DNA of 64,000 nt from NCBI GenBank assembly GCA_963847625.1, contig CAWKAR010000023.1:25290-89289 (forward strand). The letters run 5' to 3'. The notes below the pieces were generated by a model that was not told where the DNA came from, made no database searches, and was given only the letters and a program-made list of their open reading frames with translations. This DNA is from a candidate division FCPU426 bacterium (GTDB taxonomy: Bacteria > Oederibacteriota > Muellerivitia > Muellerivitales > Muellerivitaceae). This document shows, in pieces, positions 30,257-41,222 of this stretch; position 1 is the first letter of the stretch, and each line of letters begins with the position of its first letter. A program made the translations under genes and the position numbers.

Positions 30257-30994
30257 TCAAAGAGGATTCTTATTAGGTCGACCTATTGGCCGCGGATATT
30301 TTGGATGAGTTTTCCCCAACTTTTCCACAACAACCAACCATCGTTGTTGATGGGTTCCAGGTAGGAAATAAGGCGCTAATTTACTTACCCTTGCGTTAAG
30401 TAACTTCAATGCATTCTGTGACTTTTCCACAACTTTCAATTGTTCTTGGGTCCTCCAATCCACAAGATATCCGCCGATTTTTATGAGGGGAATTACATAT
30501 TCTAAAACAACAGGAAAATCAGCGACCGCACGAGTCAGGGCTCCATCCCAACTTTCTCGATAAATTATATTTTGACCGATTTCTTCAGCTCTTCCTGTTA
30601 AAGTTTTAGCTTTCCATTCTGCGGCATCTAGGCAATCTTGCAGGGCCTTCATTTTCTTTCCCACTGAATCCATGAAAGTAATCTCCCAATCAGGGAAAGC
30701 CGCCAACACAACAACACCTGGAAACCCGCAACCTGTGCCTAAATCGAGCCAAGTTTGTGGGCTTTTTCGGCCTTCTGACAAACTTTGAAGAATGGAAAGA
30801 CAAAAAGCCGAATCTAGTAAGTGATACTTAAGAATATCTTCATCTTTTGTCCATTTTGTAAGATTCATCGTTTTATTGATTTCAAGCATTTTTTGGATAT
30901 ATCGGATGGTGGGCAAGAGGGATGAAGAGGTAAAAAGGTTAAAAACACCAGCTTCTTTGAGGGATTGCTCAATATCTGTTGATTTTATACTCAA
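30257..30994 (-). CDS. rsmG: 16S rRNA m7G527 methyltransferase RsmG (GidB)
   Basis: MNLT, HLLDS, DLGTGCGFPG, GRAEE, RAVA, YPR..G.P.KNPL. Confidence 0.93.
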   Translation of the reverse strand: MSIKSTDIEQSLKEAGVFNLFTSSSLLPTIRYIQKMLEINKTMNLTKWTKDEDILKYHLLDSAFCLSILQSLSEGRKSPQTWLDLGTGCGFPGVVVLAAFPDWEITFMDSVGKKMKALQDCLDAAEWKAKTLTGRAEEIGQNIIYRESWDGALTRAVADFPVVLEYVIPLIKIGGYLVDWRTQEQLKVVEKSQNALKLLNARVSKLAPYFLPGTHQQRWLVVVEKLGKTHPKYPRPIGRPNKNPL

Positions 30995-31005
30995 CCTTGG
31001 GCTTC

Positions 31006-32904
31006 CTATGAAGTTGATAAAACCTGATTGGAAAGTTGTTGTTTCGAGAATCGGCTAATGGCTAAAAGCAAAACTGCTAAATCAGCATGGGTTACACCCT
31101 GAATTCTTGAAGCTTGACCGAATGTTTCAGGTCGAATCCGGTTAAGTTTTTCCTTGGCCTCCCTTGTTAAACCCAGAATATCTTGATAAGAAAATAGGTG
31201 AGGAATCACGAGGTTTTCATTGCGGCTTTGCCGTTGTATTTCCAGGCGTTGTTTTTTTAAATAACCTTCATATTTAAGTTCCACCTCGACTTGAAAAGCC
31301 ACTTCTGGTTCCAACTGAAGATCTTCAGGCAAAAACGGGCTAAGGGCTTTATAACTCATCCAAGGACGGCGAATAATTTCTTCCAATCGTAAAACTCGAT
31401 CATGGATTGAAATTTGAAGGGATTCATTGGGAGCCGCTTTAGCAGGTAAAAGCCGGGTTTTAAATTCTTTCAAACCTTTCTCAATTTTTGATCTTTTTAC
31501 AACGACATTATCTTTGGCTTTCGCCGGGATCAAGCCTAATTCAAATCCTTTTTCCATCAGGCGTAAATCAGCATTGTCGGGTCTTAATAGAAGTCGGTAT
31601 TCAGCTTTTGAAGTAAAAAGCCGGTAGGGTTCTTCCGTGCCTTTGGTCACTAAATCGTCTACCAAGACACCCATATAAGCTTCAGTTCGGGACAGCACCA
31701 AGGGTTTTAAACCTTGAATGGCTAAACTAGCATTAATCCCAACTAAAAGACCTTGGGCGGCGGCCTCTTCATAACCTGAAGTTCCATTGATTTGCCCGGC
31801 TAAAAAGAGATTCTTTAAACGATAGGTCTCCAAGGAATGGGATACTTGGGTGGGCGGAATAAAATCATACTCAACAGCGTATCCCGGCCGCACAATTTCA
31901 GCCCCTTCAAGCCCTGGAATGGTGTGTAGAAAGGCATATTGAACATCCAGCGGAAGGGAAGTGGATAGACCATTCAAGTAAAACTCATTCGTGGAAAGAC
32001 CCTCTGGCTCTAAAAAAATTTGATGCCGGATTTTGTCGGGAAATTTCACAACTTTATCTTCAATCGATGGGCAATACCGTGGACCAATTCCCTTGATCGT
32101 CCCCGAATAAAGAGGGGATCGGGCCATGTTATCCCGGATGATCTGGTGGGTTTGATTATTGGTGTAGGTGATATAACAGGAAACCTGGGGTTGTAATGGA
32201 AAAGAAGAGGTGAAATGGGAAAAGGGAAGGGGAGAATCATCCCCTTTCTGCTCTTCTGTTTTTTTAAAATCAATGGATTCTCGGTACACTCTTGGATTGG
32301 TGCCGGTTTTTAACCGTCCCACCTCAAAACCCAGTTCCTTTAAATGTTCCGAGAGGCCCTTGGCCGCCAATTCTCCCGTTCGACCACCTTCTATTTTCTT
32401 TTCGCCGATATGCATTAAACCGTTGAGGAAAGTACCGGTGGTGATAATGACTGCCTTGGCTTTGATTTCTTCACCCGATTGGATCCGAACCCCCTCTACT
32501 TGGTCTCTCGCTACCAAAAGGCGCTCAACCATCGCTTTCACCACCGTCAGTCGGGCTTGGTGAAAAACCGTTTGTTTCATTCTTTGAATGTAGAGTTCCT
32601 TGTCACATTGGGCTCTCAAACCCCATACTGCTGGTCCTTGGGTTTTATTTAAGATACGGGATTGGATGGAAGTTTCATCCGTGGCTTTCCCCATTTCGCC
32701 ACCCAAGGCGTCAATTTCGCGGACCAAATGTCCCTTGGCCAAACCTCCGATGGCGGGGTTACAGCTCATTTTGGCGATCGTCTCGGGATTCATAGTGATC
32801 AGGGCTGTTTCCATACCCATCCGGGAGCACGCCAGTGCGGCCTCACATCCGGCATGTCCTGCGCCAACCACCACCACATCAAAATTGGAAGAAACGTTAT
32901 CCAC
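31006..32904 (-). CDS. mnmG: tRNA modification enzyme MnmG (GidA)
   Basis: [42 protein letters not shown]. Confidence 0.98.
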   Translation of the reverse strand: MDNVSSNFDVVVVGAGHAGCEAALACSRMGMETALITMNPETIAKMSCNPAIGGLAKGHLVREIDALGGEMGKATDETSIQSRILNKTQGPAVWGLRAQCDKELYIQRMKQTVFHQARLTVVKAMVERLLVARDQVEGVRIQSGEEIKAKAVIITTGTFLNGLMHIGEKKIEGGRTGELAAKGLSEHLKELGFEVGRLKTGTNPRVYRESIDFKKTEEQKGDDSPLPFSHFTSSFPLQPQVSCYITYTNNQTHQIIRDNMARSPLYSGTIKGIGPRYCPSIEDKVVKFPDKIRHQIFLEPEGLSTNEFYLNGLSTSLPLDVQYAFLHTIPGLEGAEIVRPGYAVEYDFIPPTQVSHSLETYRLKNLFLAGQINGTSGYEEAAAQGLLVGINASLAIQGLKPLVLSRTEAYMGVLVDDLVTKGTEEPYRLFTSKAEYRLLLRPDNADLRLMEKGFELGLIPAKAKDNVVVKRSKIEKGLKEFKTRLLPAKAAPNESLQISIHDRVLRLEEIIRRPWMSYKALSPFLPEDLQLEPEVAFQVEVELKYEGYLKKQRLEIQRQSRNENLVIPHLFSYQDILGLTREAKEKLNRIRPETFGQASRIQGVTHADLAVLLLAISRFSKQQLSNQVLSTS

Positions 32905-32986
32905 GCAAACCCCTCAAGAAAATGATTCTAGGCGTTTTTATAACACAAGCGGCATTGCGACACAATGCGGCTTGAATCTTTTCATT

Positions 32987-33002
32987 CGTTCCACGTGGAA
33001 GA
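32987..33002. promoter_or_regulatory. parS-like site
   Basis: CGTTCCACGTGGAAGA. Confidence 0.55.
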
Positions 33003-33349
33003 ATAAAAAATTCAAACAGAAATTCCTGCGTGACATCCGCAAGGATCCATCTGACTTCGCATCGCGAAAAACAGAGGAGTGCTACCAGAAACTCTATATG
33101 AGAATTAGAAAATGATGGCGGGAAGATTACAAATACAAACCTTTAATTTCATAGATATCTTGCCTAATATTTGTCCTTTAAAAAGAAAAATTTTTTAGCT
33201 TTTATGAAAAGATTTTTTCGTGCAGTGATTTTCCGGGAGGTTTTCTTTATCTTCATCAGCCACAAGCTTATTGAAATCTCTTAACGAAAAGAATACAATT
33301 GTATACATTTTTGCAAGATGTTTGAAGCCTTTAGATTAAAAAAAGGAGT

Positions 33350-34404
33350 CCCGAGTTCCATAAGTAAGTGCAACACTTAGTGTCTGAAGAAGGCCGCATG
33401 AATAGGATATGCGGCTATGAAAAAGAAATACAAGCATTTAAGCGTTGAAGAAAGAGATCATTTATCCGTCTTGAAAGGAAAGGGTCTTAGCCTTCGAGCC
33501 ATTTCACGCGCCTTGAAGAGGTCTCCTTCCACCCTCTCCAGGGAACTCAAGCGCAATGCTCCCCCTATCCGTTCTGGTTATTATCTTTCTCATCGAGCCC
33601 ATCAACGGTATGTTGACCGCAACCAACAACGAGCACGCCGTTTACGCCTGAAAACAAAACGAATTCGTGCCTACGTCCGTCGTCAATTGAAACGAGGCTG
33701 GTCTCCAGAACTCATTTCAGGTCGATTAGGTCACCTACGGCCTAAGCAAACCATTGGTCCTGAAGCTATCTATCAGTGGGTTTATGCTGAAGCCACTGAG
33801 CTGATTCCTTGCCTAGTTCGACACCACCGGCGACGATTCTCATTTGGCCATAGCCGTAAGCACGCCAAAAACCATATCCCAGGCCGTGTTTCCATCGATA
33901 AGCGCTCCGAGATCGCCAATCAACGCAAGCAATTCGGCCATTGGGAAACCGACACCATGGTCTCTCGTCAGAGTAAAGTGGCTATGCGGGCTCTCGTCGA
34001 GCGTCAAAGCCGTTTTTCCAAGTTGGGAAAGCTCAAACGAAAGACCGCTCGCCAAATGAGTCATAGCCTCAACCGCGCTTTATGCCGCTTCCCTCAAGAC
34101 GCCCGCCTGAGTCTGACCTATGACAACGGAACCGAAAACACCAACCACTTGGAAACCAACCACGTGCTTGGTACAAAATCCTTTTTCTGCGCCCCTTTCC
34201 ACAGTTGGGAAAAAGGTACGGTGGAAAATACTATCGGTCTTGTCCGCCGCCATTTGCCTAAAAAGACTGATCTTGCTAAAGTGTCCTTCAAAGAATTCAG
34301 GACCATAGAAAGATGGCTCAATAACAGGCCCAGGAAATGTTTGGGCTTTAAAACTCCGGCGGAAGTCTTCCGGCGAAGTGTTGCACTTACTCCGTGAATT
34401 CGGC
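33350..34404 (+). mobile_element. IS30-family element, copy 1 (1055 bp)
   Basis: IRs CCCGAGTTCCATAAGTAAGTGCAACACTT and GCCGAATTCACGGAGTAAGTGCAACACTT; TSD AGT. Confidence 0.93.
33417..34397 (+). CDS. IS30-family transposase
   Basis: RSPSTLSRELKRN, WSPE.I, GHWETDT, TYDNGTE, SWEKGTVEN, LNNRPRKCLGFKTP. Confidence 0.95.
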   Translation: MKKKYKHLSVEERDHLSVLKGKGLSLRAISRALKRSPSTLSRELKRNAPPIRSGYYLSHRAHQRYVDRNQQRARRLRLKTKRIRAYVRRQLKRGWSPELISGRLGHLRPKQTIGPEAIYQWVYAEATELIPCLVRHHRRRFSFGHSRKHAKNHIPGRVSIDKRSEIANQRKQFGHWETDTMVSRQSKVAMRALVERQSRFSKLGKLKRKTARQMSHSLNRALCRFPQDARLSLTYDNGTENTNHLETNHVLGTKSFFCAPFHSWEKGTVENTIGLVRRHLPKKTDLAKVSFKEFRTIERWLNNRPRKCLGFKTPAEVFRRSVALTP

Positions 34405-34484
34405 AGTGATAGCGAGAAAGGTCTTATTTATTTTGAAGTAAATAAAAGTTTTTCTTCCTCTGTAAAAAACAACAAATAAACCTT

Positions 34485-35861
34485 TTATTTCCCTATGCAG
34501 AAACGACTAAAAATTTCCTCGAAAGCATCGCTAGTAAGATTGCGTCCACGTATTCGGCCTACTGCAAGGGTGGATTCCCTCAACTCTTCGGCCCAAAGTT
34601 CATAGGGTTGTTTGGAGGCCATATGATCCAAAAGGTTTCCCAAGGCCTTGCAAGCTTTGGCCGCTTCCTGTTGATGCCTCAACGAGATTAATACCACGTT
34701 TTCGCTTGTTATTGAGGTTTGCAGCAAATTTTCTATTAACCGGAACACTTTATCCAACCCTTGTCGGGTATAACAAGAAAGTTTAAAGCAACGGTCATCA
34801 GATAAAAGAAAAGAATCGTTAAATTTTGGAAGTTTTTCATCCTGGATAAGATCCATTTTATTAAATAAATAATAAGTTCTTTCTAAGGGAAGGGAAATAT
34901 CTCGAAGTCCTTCTAATGATTCCCTAGGATTCGAGGCGTCCACTAACCAAAAAACCACGTCGGCTTCCTCGATCACTTGACGGCTACGGCGGACTCCTTC
35001 AGATTCAACTATATTCGAAACTTCCCGAATACCAGCCGTATCAAAAAGTCGGACCTTAACACCTTTTAAATAAAATTCACCTTCGACAATATCGCGAGTA
35101 GTACCAGCCAAGGGTGTTACTATCGCCTTTTCAGCTCCTAAAATGATATTTAAGAGACTCGACTTTCCAACATTTGGAGGACCCACCAAAGCTACTTTAA
35201 TCCCCTCCCGTAGAATTTTACCCTGATTATAACTTTCTAATAACTTCCTTAGCTTTCCCTCGACTTCTACCACTTCATTCTTGAATTGAGTTATATCCAA
35301 ATGTGGAATTCCATCATCGGCAAATTCAAGGCGGGCTTCAATTTTTACATAGAGAGATTTGAGGGATTCCTCCAAAGGTTCCAAGTGGTGGGATAAGGAA
35401 CCTGTCATTTGGCTGAAAGCCTGCCGCCTGCCCGCATCCCCTTGAGATGAAACTAGGGCTTCCACCGCCTCGGCTTGGGTCAAATCCAAGCGTCCGTTTA
35501 TGAAAGCTCTATAAGTAAATTCTCCTGGATCGGCAGGCCGGACCCTTAAGGACACAAGAATTTCCATGATTTTGGAGAGAAGCTGTGGGCTGCCATGAAG
35601 ATGAAATTCCACTACATCTTCAGTGGTGTAACTTTGAGGGCCTGGCATAACTAAAATTAGGCCTTCATCTAGGAATTCCTCCGATCGGGGATCTCTAATT
35701 TTTACAAAAGAAATTTGTCTTTTTCTTTCTAGGTTTTTAAAAGCAGGGAGAAATAAACGGATGATATCCAGGGCTTTAGATCCAGAAACTCTAATAACCC
35801 CAATACCCCCGATACCAGCGGGAGTGGCAATAGCTGCAATGGTGTCTTCTAATTGATACAT
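34485..35861 (-). CDS. mnmE: tRNA modification GTPase MnmE (TrmE)
   Basis: DTIAAIAT, GPPNVGKSSL, GTTRD, DTAG, FCIGK. Confidence 0.98.
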   Translation of the reverse strand: MYQLEDTIAAIATPAGIGGIGVIRVSGSKALDIIRLFLPAFKNLERKRQISFVKIRDPRSEEFLDEGLILVMPGPQSYTTEDVVEFHLHGSPQLLSKIMEILVSLRVRPADPGEFTYRAFINGRLDLTQAEAVEALVSSQGDAGRRQAFSQMTGSLSHHLEPLEESLKSLYVKIEARLEFADDGIPHLDITQFKNEVVEVEGKLRKLLESYNQGKILREGIKVALVGPPNVGKSSLLNIILGAEKAIVTPLAGTTRDIVEGEFYLKGVKVRLFDTAGIREVSNIVESEGVRRSRQVIEEADVVFWLVDASNPRESLEGLRDISLPLERTYYLFNKMDLIQDEKLPKFNDSFLLSDDRCFKLSCYTRQGLDKVFRLIENLLQTSITSENVVLISLRHQQEAAKACKALGNLLDHMASKQPYELWAEELRESTLAVGRIRGRNLTSDAFEEIFSRFCIGK

Positions 35862-35904
35862 AACTTTTCAACCGATAACTATTGCAGAAAAATTATTAGA
35901 GTTT

Positions 35905-37020
35905 TTAATGGTTCCCGATATCGTCGTCCATAATTTGCGATGTATCGTTTCCAATAGAATTCCCCGGCTCCAATGAAGCGGGAGTGGAAGTCGGCAAATC
36001 TTCTATAGGAGAAATAGGACCTTCTGGTGACGCCTCAATACTCTCCTGCCCGTTAATGGGATTTGCTTCAGGTTGCAAATCCTGCTTTTGCGTTTCTTCC
36101 CCGCTCAAAGGTTGACCTGTAATCGTCGCCTCGGTAGCTTTCACTTTAGGAACGATAACAACTTTGCGCCTAAGTCCTTCGCCGCGGCTTTCGGTTGTAA
36201 CATGCTCGTGCTCTTTTAAAGCCAAGTGAACCACTCTGCGGTCCTTGGAACTCATGGGGCGCATCGGTATTTCCACCCCTGTTTCTTTGGCTTTTTGGGC
36301 AAGGTTGAGGGCCAGTTCCTTTAGCTTTTCCTTCTGACGATCTAGGTAATTTTCCACATCCACTATAACGATGGTTCTCTCATCACCCGTCATACGTTGA
36401 ATGATTTTTGAAACAATGTATTGAAGGGCTTCTAATGTATGGCCATGACGGCCAATCAAGGTGCCGCTGGAAGGCCCCTGGATGTTCAGGACCGTATTTT
36501 CATCTGAATCTTTTTGGATTTTCACCCTATCCGGAAGGTTCATGTCATGAAGGATTTTTGACAGAACACCCTCTGAAAAAGCAGGAACGACTGCAGATTT
36601 CAAGATGATCTTAACCCTAGCCTCCTTAGATCCAATTCCTAAAAATCCTTTCTTCCCTTCGTCCACAACCTCGGTCTTCAGGTCATCTCGGCCAACATTA
36701 AACCTTTTTGCGGCTTGCTCTACCGCCTCCTCGACCGTCTTTCCCGTCACTTCCAACCAGCCACCCTCACTCCGGGATGTAGGCCGATACTCTGTCTTCA
36801 CAGGGCGTTCGTTTCGGACCGGTCCACGGGAGGATGGTTGATAAGGCCGACTTTGGCTTCCGGGGGACCGGTGTTCACCTCGATATTCTTCCCGGTCGGA
36901 ATGATAGGGTTTACGGTATCCCCCAGGTTTACTTTGCCTGTTATAGCCTCCCCGATCACCAGGGGTACGGTTGTAACCCGGAGAAGGTCGGCCACTATTT
37001 TGATTTGAATAATTTCTCAT
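35905..37020 (-). CDS. jag: Jag/EloR (KhpB) RNA-binding protein with disordered N- and C-terminal extensions
   Basis: GKTVEEAV Jag_N, LIGRHGHTLEALQ KH, RRVVH R3H. Confidence 0.9.
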   Translation of the reverse strand: MRNYSNQNSGRPSPGYNRTPGDRGGYNRQSKPGGYRKPYHSDREEYRGEHRSPGSQSRPYQPSSRGPVRNERPVKTEYRPTSRSEGGWLEVTGKTVEEAVEQAAKRFNVGRDDLKTEVVDEGKKGFLGIGSKEARVKIILKSAVVPAFSEGVLSKILHDMNLPDRVKIQKDSDENTVLNIQGPSSGTLIGRHGHTLEALQYIVSKIIQRMTGDERTIVIVDVENYLDRQKEKLKELALNLAQKAKETGVEIPMRPMSSKDRRVVHLALKEHEHVTTESRGEGLRRKVVIVPKVKATEATITGQPLSGEETQKQDLQPEANPINGQESIEASPEGPISPIEDLPTSTPASLEPGNSIGNDTSQIMDDDIGNH

Positions 37021-37024
37021 ATTA

Positions 37025-38740
37025 TTACGCCTCCGCTTTCTTTTTAGCTTTCTGAACTTCAATGTTCACAACTTTTTGTTGAATCATTGAAAGAATGTTC
37101 GTCACTACCCAGTAAACCAAGAGTCCGGATGGCCACTGGAAAGAGAAGAACGTCAACATGACCGGCATCATCCACATCATCATTTTTTGTTGTCCAGCCG
37201 CCTGGGTAGTCATCTGGCCGGACATTCTTTGTGAAAAAATCATTGAGGCTCCCATGAGAAGGGGAAGCAGATAAATTGGATCCTTGAGGGTTAGGTCTCC
37301 AATCCACAGAAAAGGCGCGCCTCTTAGTTCGATACTGTGGGACAGGGTGGAATATAGCGCGATAAAGACTGGGGTTTGAAGGAGCATGGGCAGACAACCG
37401 CCCAATGGATTGATTCCGGCCTGCTGGTAAAGGGCCATTGTTTCCTGCTGCTGTTTCTGCTTGTCATCCGCGTACTTGCGTTTGATAGCTTCGAGTTTGG
37501 GTTGAATTTCCCTGGTTTTCTGCGACATGAGGTACATGTTTTTATAGCTGGATTGGGTAGGGAACCAGAGAATCAGTTTCACGGCGATAGATAAAAGCAG
37601 GATCGCCAAGCCCCAGTTTCGACACCAGGTAAAAAACCATTTTAGAAGATCCAACATATAAACACTGATGAAGCCAAACATGCCAAAATCCACAACCTTT
37701 TCCAACCCTAGGTGTAAGCTTTTTAAAAGAGAATAATCTTGAGGTCCGAAATAAACCTCGCCCTTACGTTCAAAGCTTTCCCCGGATTGTAGATTCTGAC
37801 CAGAGAAAACCAAGAGAGGGCGTGGGTCGAAAAATTTTGAATCGATACCTGGATTAGGATTTTCATCACTAGGTGGTTTATAGGCGTTGTAATCCCGGAT
37901 TATTTTGGCCGAGGCGCCACCGGAGGAAGGGTCAGGAATCATTGCCGCTACGAAAAATTGGTTGGCTAAAGCGGTCCAGGCAACAGGGGACGATATTTGA
38001 TTGATGTCCTGTGTTTTTTTAACGTTTTGGGAATCAAACTGGCCACTAGCAAAAGTGGCTACCCGGTAACCTCCGGTTCTTGAACTGGTTCCTCCTGTGT
38101 TTTCCTCCGGACCCAGTGTATCCGGCCATTCCACCACCAGATCAGAAGCAGCTACTTGGGTGCGACTTGTTTGGTTTACGGCCATATCAAAGTCGATCAA
38201 ATAACTGCTGTTTTTAAAACTAAATGTTTTCTGTAAAACAAGACCTTGCCCGTTTGCGGTCCGAAAAACCAAAACCGCTTTTTCATCTGTTTTCGCCAGA
38301 CGTTTAGAGGATCCTTCTATCTGAAAAAGGGTTTGATTTACTGTTGGCAGGGGCGAGTACTCTATCGAGAAGGGTTTTGGGCGGTCGGGATCCGGATTTA
38401 CCAATTGGATCGGTCGGTGAGTTTGTCTGTTCAGGTATTTTTTTAGCTGGAATCCTTCCAAAACCGCGCCTCGGTTTGAGAATGTGGCTATGTAATCGTC
38501 GGTCTCAATCGTGACGGATGTTTCTTGCATTTGAGGTATTTTTGCACCCGCCGGAATTTTAGTTGCTTTTTTAACCACAACTTTATTTGTGCTCAATGAA
38601 GGTGTTTCTTTGATGGGGTTAGCCTGAGTTGTCGCGGCTTTTGGTACAGGTGGGGGAGGAGTCGGCATAAAATAAGACGAGGCAAACAAAATAAGCATGG
38701 ATAGGACTAGGAATAATACGAGACGTCCTTGGTTTTCCAA
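37025..38740 (-). CDS. yidC: Membrane protein insertase YidC
   Basis: NWGLAI, NPLGGCLP, ELRGAPFLWI.DL..DP. Confidence 0.97.
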   Translation of the reverse strand: MENQGRLVLFLVLSMLILFASSYFMPTPPPPVPKAATTQANPIKETPSLSTNKVVVKKATKIPAGAKIPQMQETSVTIETDDYIATFSNRGAVLEGFQLKKYLNRQTHRPIQLVNPDPDRPKPFSIEYSPLPTVNQTLFQIEGSSKRLAKTDEKAVLVFRTANGQGLVLQKTFSFKNSSYLIDFDMAVNQTSRTQVAASDLVVEWPDTLGPEENTGGTSSRTGGYRVATFASGQFDSQNVKKTQDINQISSPVAWTALANQFFVAAMIPDPSSGGASAKIIRDYNAYKPPSDENPNPGIDSKFFDPRPLLVFSGQNLQSGESFERKGEVYFGPQDYSLLKSLHLGLEKVVDFGMFGFISVYMLDLLKWFFTWCRNWGLAILLLSIAVKLILWFPTQSSYKNMYLMSQKTREIQPKLEAIKRKYADDKQKQQQETMALYQQAGINPLGGCLPMLLQTPVFIALYSTLSHSIELRGAPFLWIGDLTLKDPIYLLPLLMGASMIFSQRMSGQMTTQAAGQQKMMMWMMPVMLTFFSFQWPSGLLVYWVVTNILSMIQQKVVNIEVQKAKKKAEA

Positions 38741-38759
38741 ATGATTCCCCCGCGAAATA

Positions 38760-38981
38760 TTAAGTAACGGGGTGGAATCCTCCGGATGAGGCGGGATGGC
38801 AACGGCTCAAACGCTTTAAACCCATAGCAAAGCCTTTAAATGCACCATATTTTTCGACGGCTTGGCGGGTATATTCCGAGCAGGAGGGCGTAAATCGACA
38901 GGCGGAGGGTAAATAAGGCGAAACCATTAATTGATACCCTTTTAATAAAATTAAAAACCCCTGCTTCAAAAGCTTGTCCAT
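38760..38981 (-). CDS. yidD: Membrane protein insertion efficiency factor YidD
   Basis: CRFTPSCSEY, RCHP...GG. Confidence 0.95.
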   Translation of the reverse strand: MDKLLKQGFLILLKGYQLMVSPYLPSACRFTPSCSEYTRQAVEKYGAFKGFAMGLKRLSRCHPASSGGFHPVT

Positions 38982-38999
38982 TTTTAAATCCCAGGTTTC

Positions 39000-39350
39000 T
39001 CATCCGGGGAGGAGGCCCGCCCTTTTCGAGAGTGAGAGAAAGGATTTTCTCAACTCTTCAAAGGTGCGGCCTGAGCTTCCACGCTGGGGTAGCAGAATAA
39101 TCTGATAGCCCCCGCGGAAATGTTCTTTTTCCACCCGGTAAATTTCCCGAAGACGCCGCTTGAGTTGGTTGCGTTGGTGGGCCTTTCCAAAGGTCCGTCC
39201 CAACGAAACGCCGAATTTTCTTAAGCCCTTGTCTTCGCTGAATTGAACATAAAACGCAAAATTACTATCTTCCAATTTGCGGCATTGCTGAAATACCGCT
39301 TTAAATTCCTTTGACTTCTTCAGCCGCTCCGCCTTTATAAAACGGGGCAT
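39000..39350 (-). CDS. rnpA: Ribonuclease P protein component
   Basis: RLKKSKEF, KAHQRNQLKRRLRE. Confidence 0.92.
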   Translation of the reverse strand: MPRFIKAERLKKSKEFKAVFQQCRKLEDSNFAFYVQFSEDKGLRKFGVSLGRTFGKAHQRNQLKRRLREIYRVEKEHFRGGYQIILLPQRGSSGRTFEELRKSFLSLSKRAGLLPG

Positions 39351-39369
39351 AATTTAATATTTTCCAAGC

Positions 39370-39507
39370 TTACTGTACACTGACCCGCAAACGTCCCTTC
39401 TTGCGCCGCGAACTTAACACGCGACGGCCACCAGTTGTCTTCATCCTGCTTCGAAAACCGTGGACTTTTTGGCGTTTACGCCGATTAGGTTGAAAGGTCC
39501 TTTTCAT
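39370..39507 (-). CDS. rpmH: 50S ribosomal protein L34 (not in the ORF track)
   Basis: Hand translation [45 protein letters not shown]. Confidence 0.97.
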   Translation of the reverse strand: MKRTFQPNRRKRQKVHGFRSRMKTTGGRRVLSSRRKKGRLRVSVQ

Positions 39508-39587
39508 AAAAGCCTAATTTTTCCTCATTTGATAATAGTCTTTTCGGAAAAACCAACAACTTCATATAGCAGTCCGAAAAGAGCGAC

Positions 39588-39617
39588 ATTGTAACGTACT
39601 GACAGCGAAAACGTCAA
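39588..39617 (-). promoter_or_regulatory. Candidate rpmH promoter
   Basis: TTGACG-N18-TACAAT. Confidence 0.5.
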
Positions 39618-39861
39618 TGAATCCTTCCCAATTTATGCCAATAGCGCCAATAGAAATAAAGGAATACGGGCCTATTCTACCCTCTGCGGAATTTTAAATG
39701 CACTCCAGTGGGTAAAGGAGATTGAAATTTAAAGGATATCAATAAGAAAAAAAATATGCGAATAGATGTGGGTAATCAATTTCACGGATAAAAACTTTAT
39801 TTTTCATAAAACGCGCAAAAGAAGGTTTTTAGTAATGCTAAAGCTGTTCCAAAGTAAGTGT

Positions 39862-40916
39862 GCCGAATTCACGGAGTAAGTGCAACACTTCGCCGGAAGA
39901 CTTCCGCCGGAGTTTTAAAGCCCAAACATTTCCTGGGCCTGTTATTGAGCCATCTTTCTATGGTCCTGAATTCTTTGAAGGACACTTTAGCAAGATCAGT
40001 CTTTTTAGGCAAATGGCGGCGGACAAGACCGATAGTATTTTCCACCGTACCTTTTTCCCAACTGTGGAAAGGGGCGCAGAAAAAGGATTTTGTACCAAGC
40101 ACGTGGTTGGTTTCCAAGTGGTTGGTGTTTTCGGTTCCGTTGTCATAGGTCAGACTCAGGCGGGCGTCTTGAGGGAAGCGGCATAAAGCGCGGTTGAGGC
40201 TATGACTCATTTGGCGAGCGGTCTTTCGTTTGAGCTTTCCCAACTTGGAAAAACGGCTTTGACGCTCGACGAGAGCCCGCATAGCCACTTTACTCTGACG
40301 AGAGACCATGGTGTCGGTTTCCCAATGGCCGAATTGCTTGCGTTGATTGGCGATCTCGGAGCGCTTATCGATGGAAACACGGCCTGGGATATGGTTTTTG
40401 GCGTGCTTACGGCTATGGCCAAATGAGAATCGTCGCCGGTGGTGTCGAACTAGGCAAGGAATCAGCTCAGTGGCTTCAGCATAAACCCACTGATAGATAG
40501 CTTCAGGACCAATGGTTTGCTTAGGCCGTAGGTGACCTAATCGACCTGAAATGAGTTCTGGAGACCAGCCTCGTTTCAATTGACGACGGACGTAGGCACG
40601 AATTCGTTTTGTTTTCAGGCGTAAACGGCGTGCTCGTTGTTGGTTGCGGTCAACATACCGTTGATGGGCTCGATGAGAAAGATAATAACCAGAACGGATA
40701 GGGGGAGCATTGCGCTTGAGTTCCCTGGAGAGGGTGGAAGGAGACCTCTTCAAGGCGCGTGAAATTGCTCGAAGGCTAAGACCCTTTCCTTTCAAGACGG
40801 ATAAATGATCTCTTTCTTCAACGCTTAAATGCTTGTATTTCTTTTTCATAGCCGCATATCCTATTCATGCGGCCTTCTTCAGACACTAAGTGTTGCACTT
40901 ACTTATGGAACTCGGG
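39862..40916 (-). mobile_element. IS30-family element, copy 2 (1055 bp)
   Basis: Same IRs as copy 1; TSD ACA in element orientation. Confidence 0.93.
39869..40849 (-). CDS. IS30-family transposase
   Basis: Protein identical to 33417-34397. Confidence 0.95.
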   Translation of the reverse strand: MKKKYKHLSVEERDHLSVLKGKGLSLRAISRALKRSPSTLSRELKRNAPPIRSGYYLSHRAHQRYVDRNQQRARRLRLKTKRIRAYVRRQLKRGWSPELISGRLGHLRPKQTIGPEAIYQWVYAEATELIPCLVRHHRRRFSFGHSRKHAKNHIPGRVSIDKRSEIANQRKQFGHWETDTMVSRQSKVAMRALVERQSRFSKLGKLKRKTARQMSHSLNRALCRFPQDARLSLTYDNGTENTNHLETNHVLGTKSFFCAPFHSWEKGTVENTIGLVRRHLPKKTDLAKVSFKEFRTIERWLNNRPRKCLGFKTPAEVFRRSVALTP

Positions 40917-41222
40917 TGTATATAAATGTTGCCGTTATTAAAATTTAGAGTGTAAAAAGATTTATATGCGGACGGAAATCTCAAGGTTTATTTATTTAAG
41001 TGAATTTATTCCTTGGGGTTAAGATCCCAGCTTTTAAAAAATATAAATTCTAAGAAAACAAGTTCTATTTAAAAAGTTTAAATAACCTAATACATAAATC
41101 TTGCCACTCAACTTATTCTGCATATAAGAAAACCTAAAATAATTTTCGTTACAAAGCTTGAAAAAACACACAAATCGTTGGAAACTTAACCTAATTAATT
41201 ATTATCGGTTACAAATTGTGCA

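Noticed and set aside
32897..32905. DnaA-box-like TTATCCACG at the mnmG start
   Set aside because: Single imperfect box overlapping the start codon; not enough to call a regulatory site
33350..40916. Composite transposon or past inversion between IS30 copies 1 and 2
   Set aside because: Each copy keeps its own matching TSD and the enclosed housekeeping genes are in the usual order and orientation
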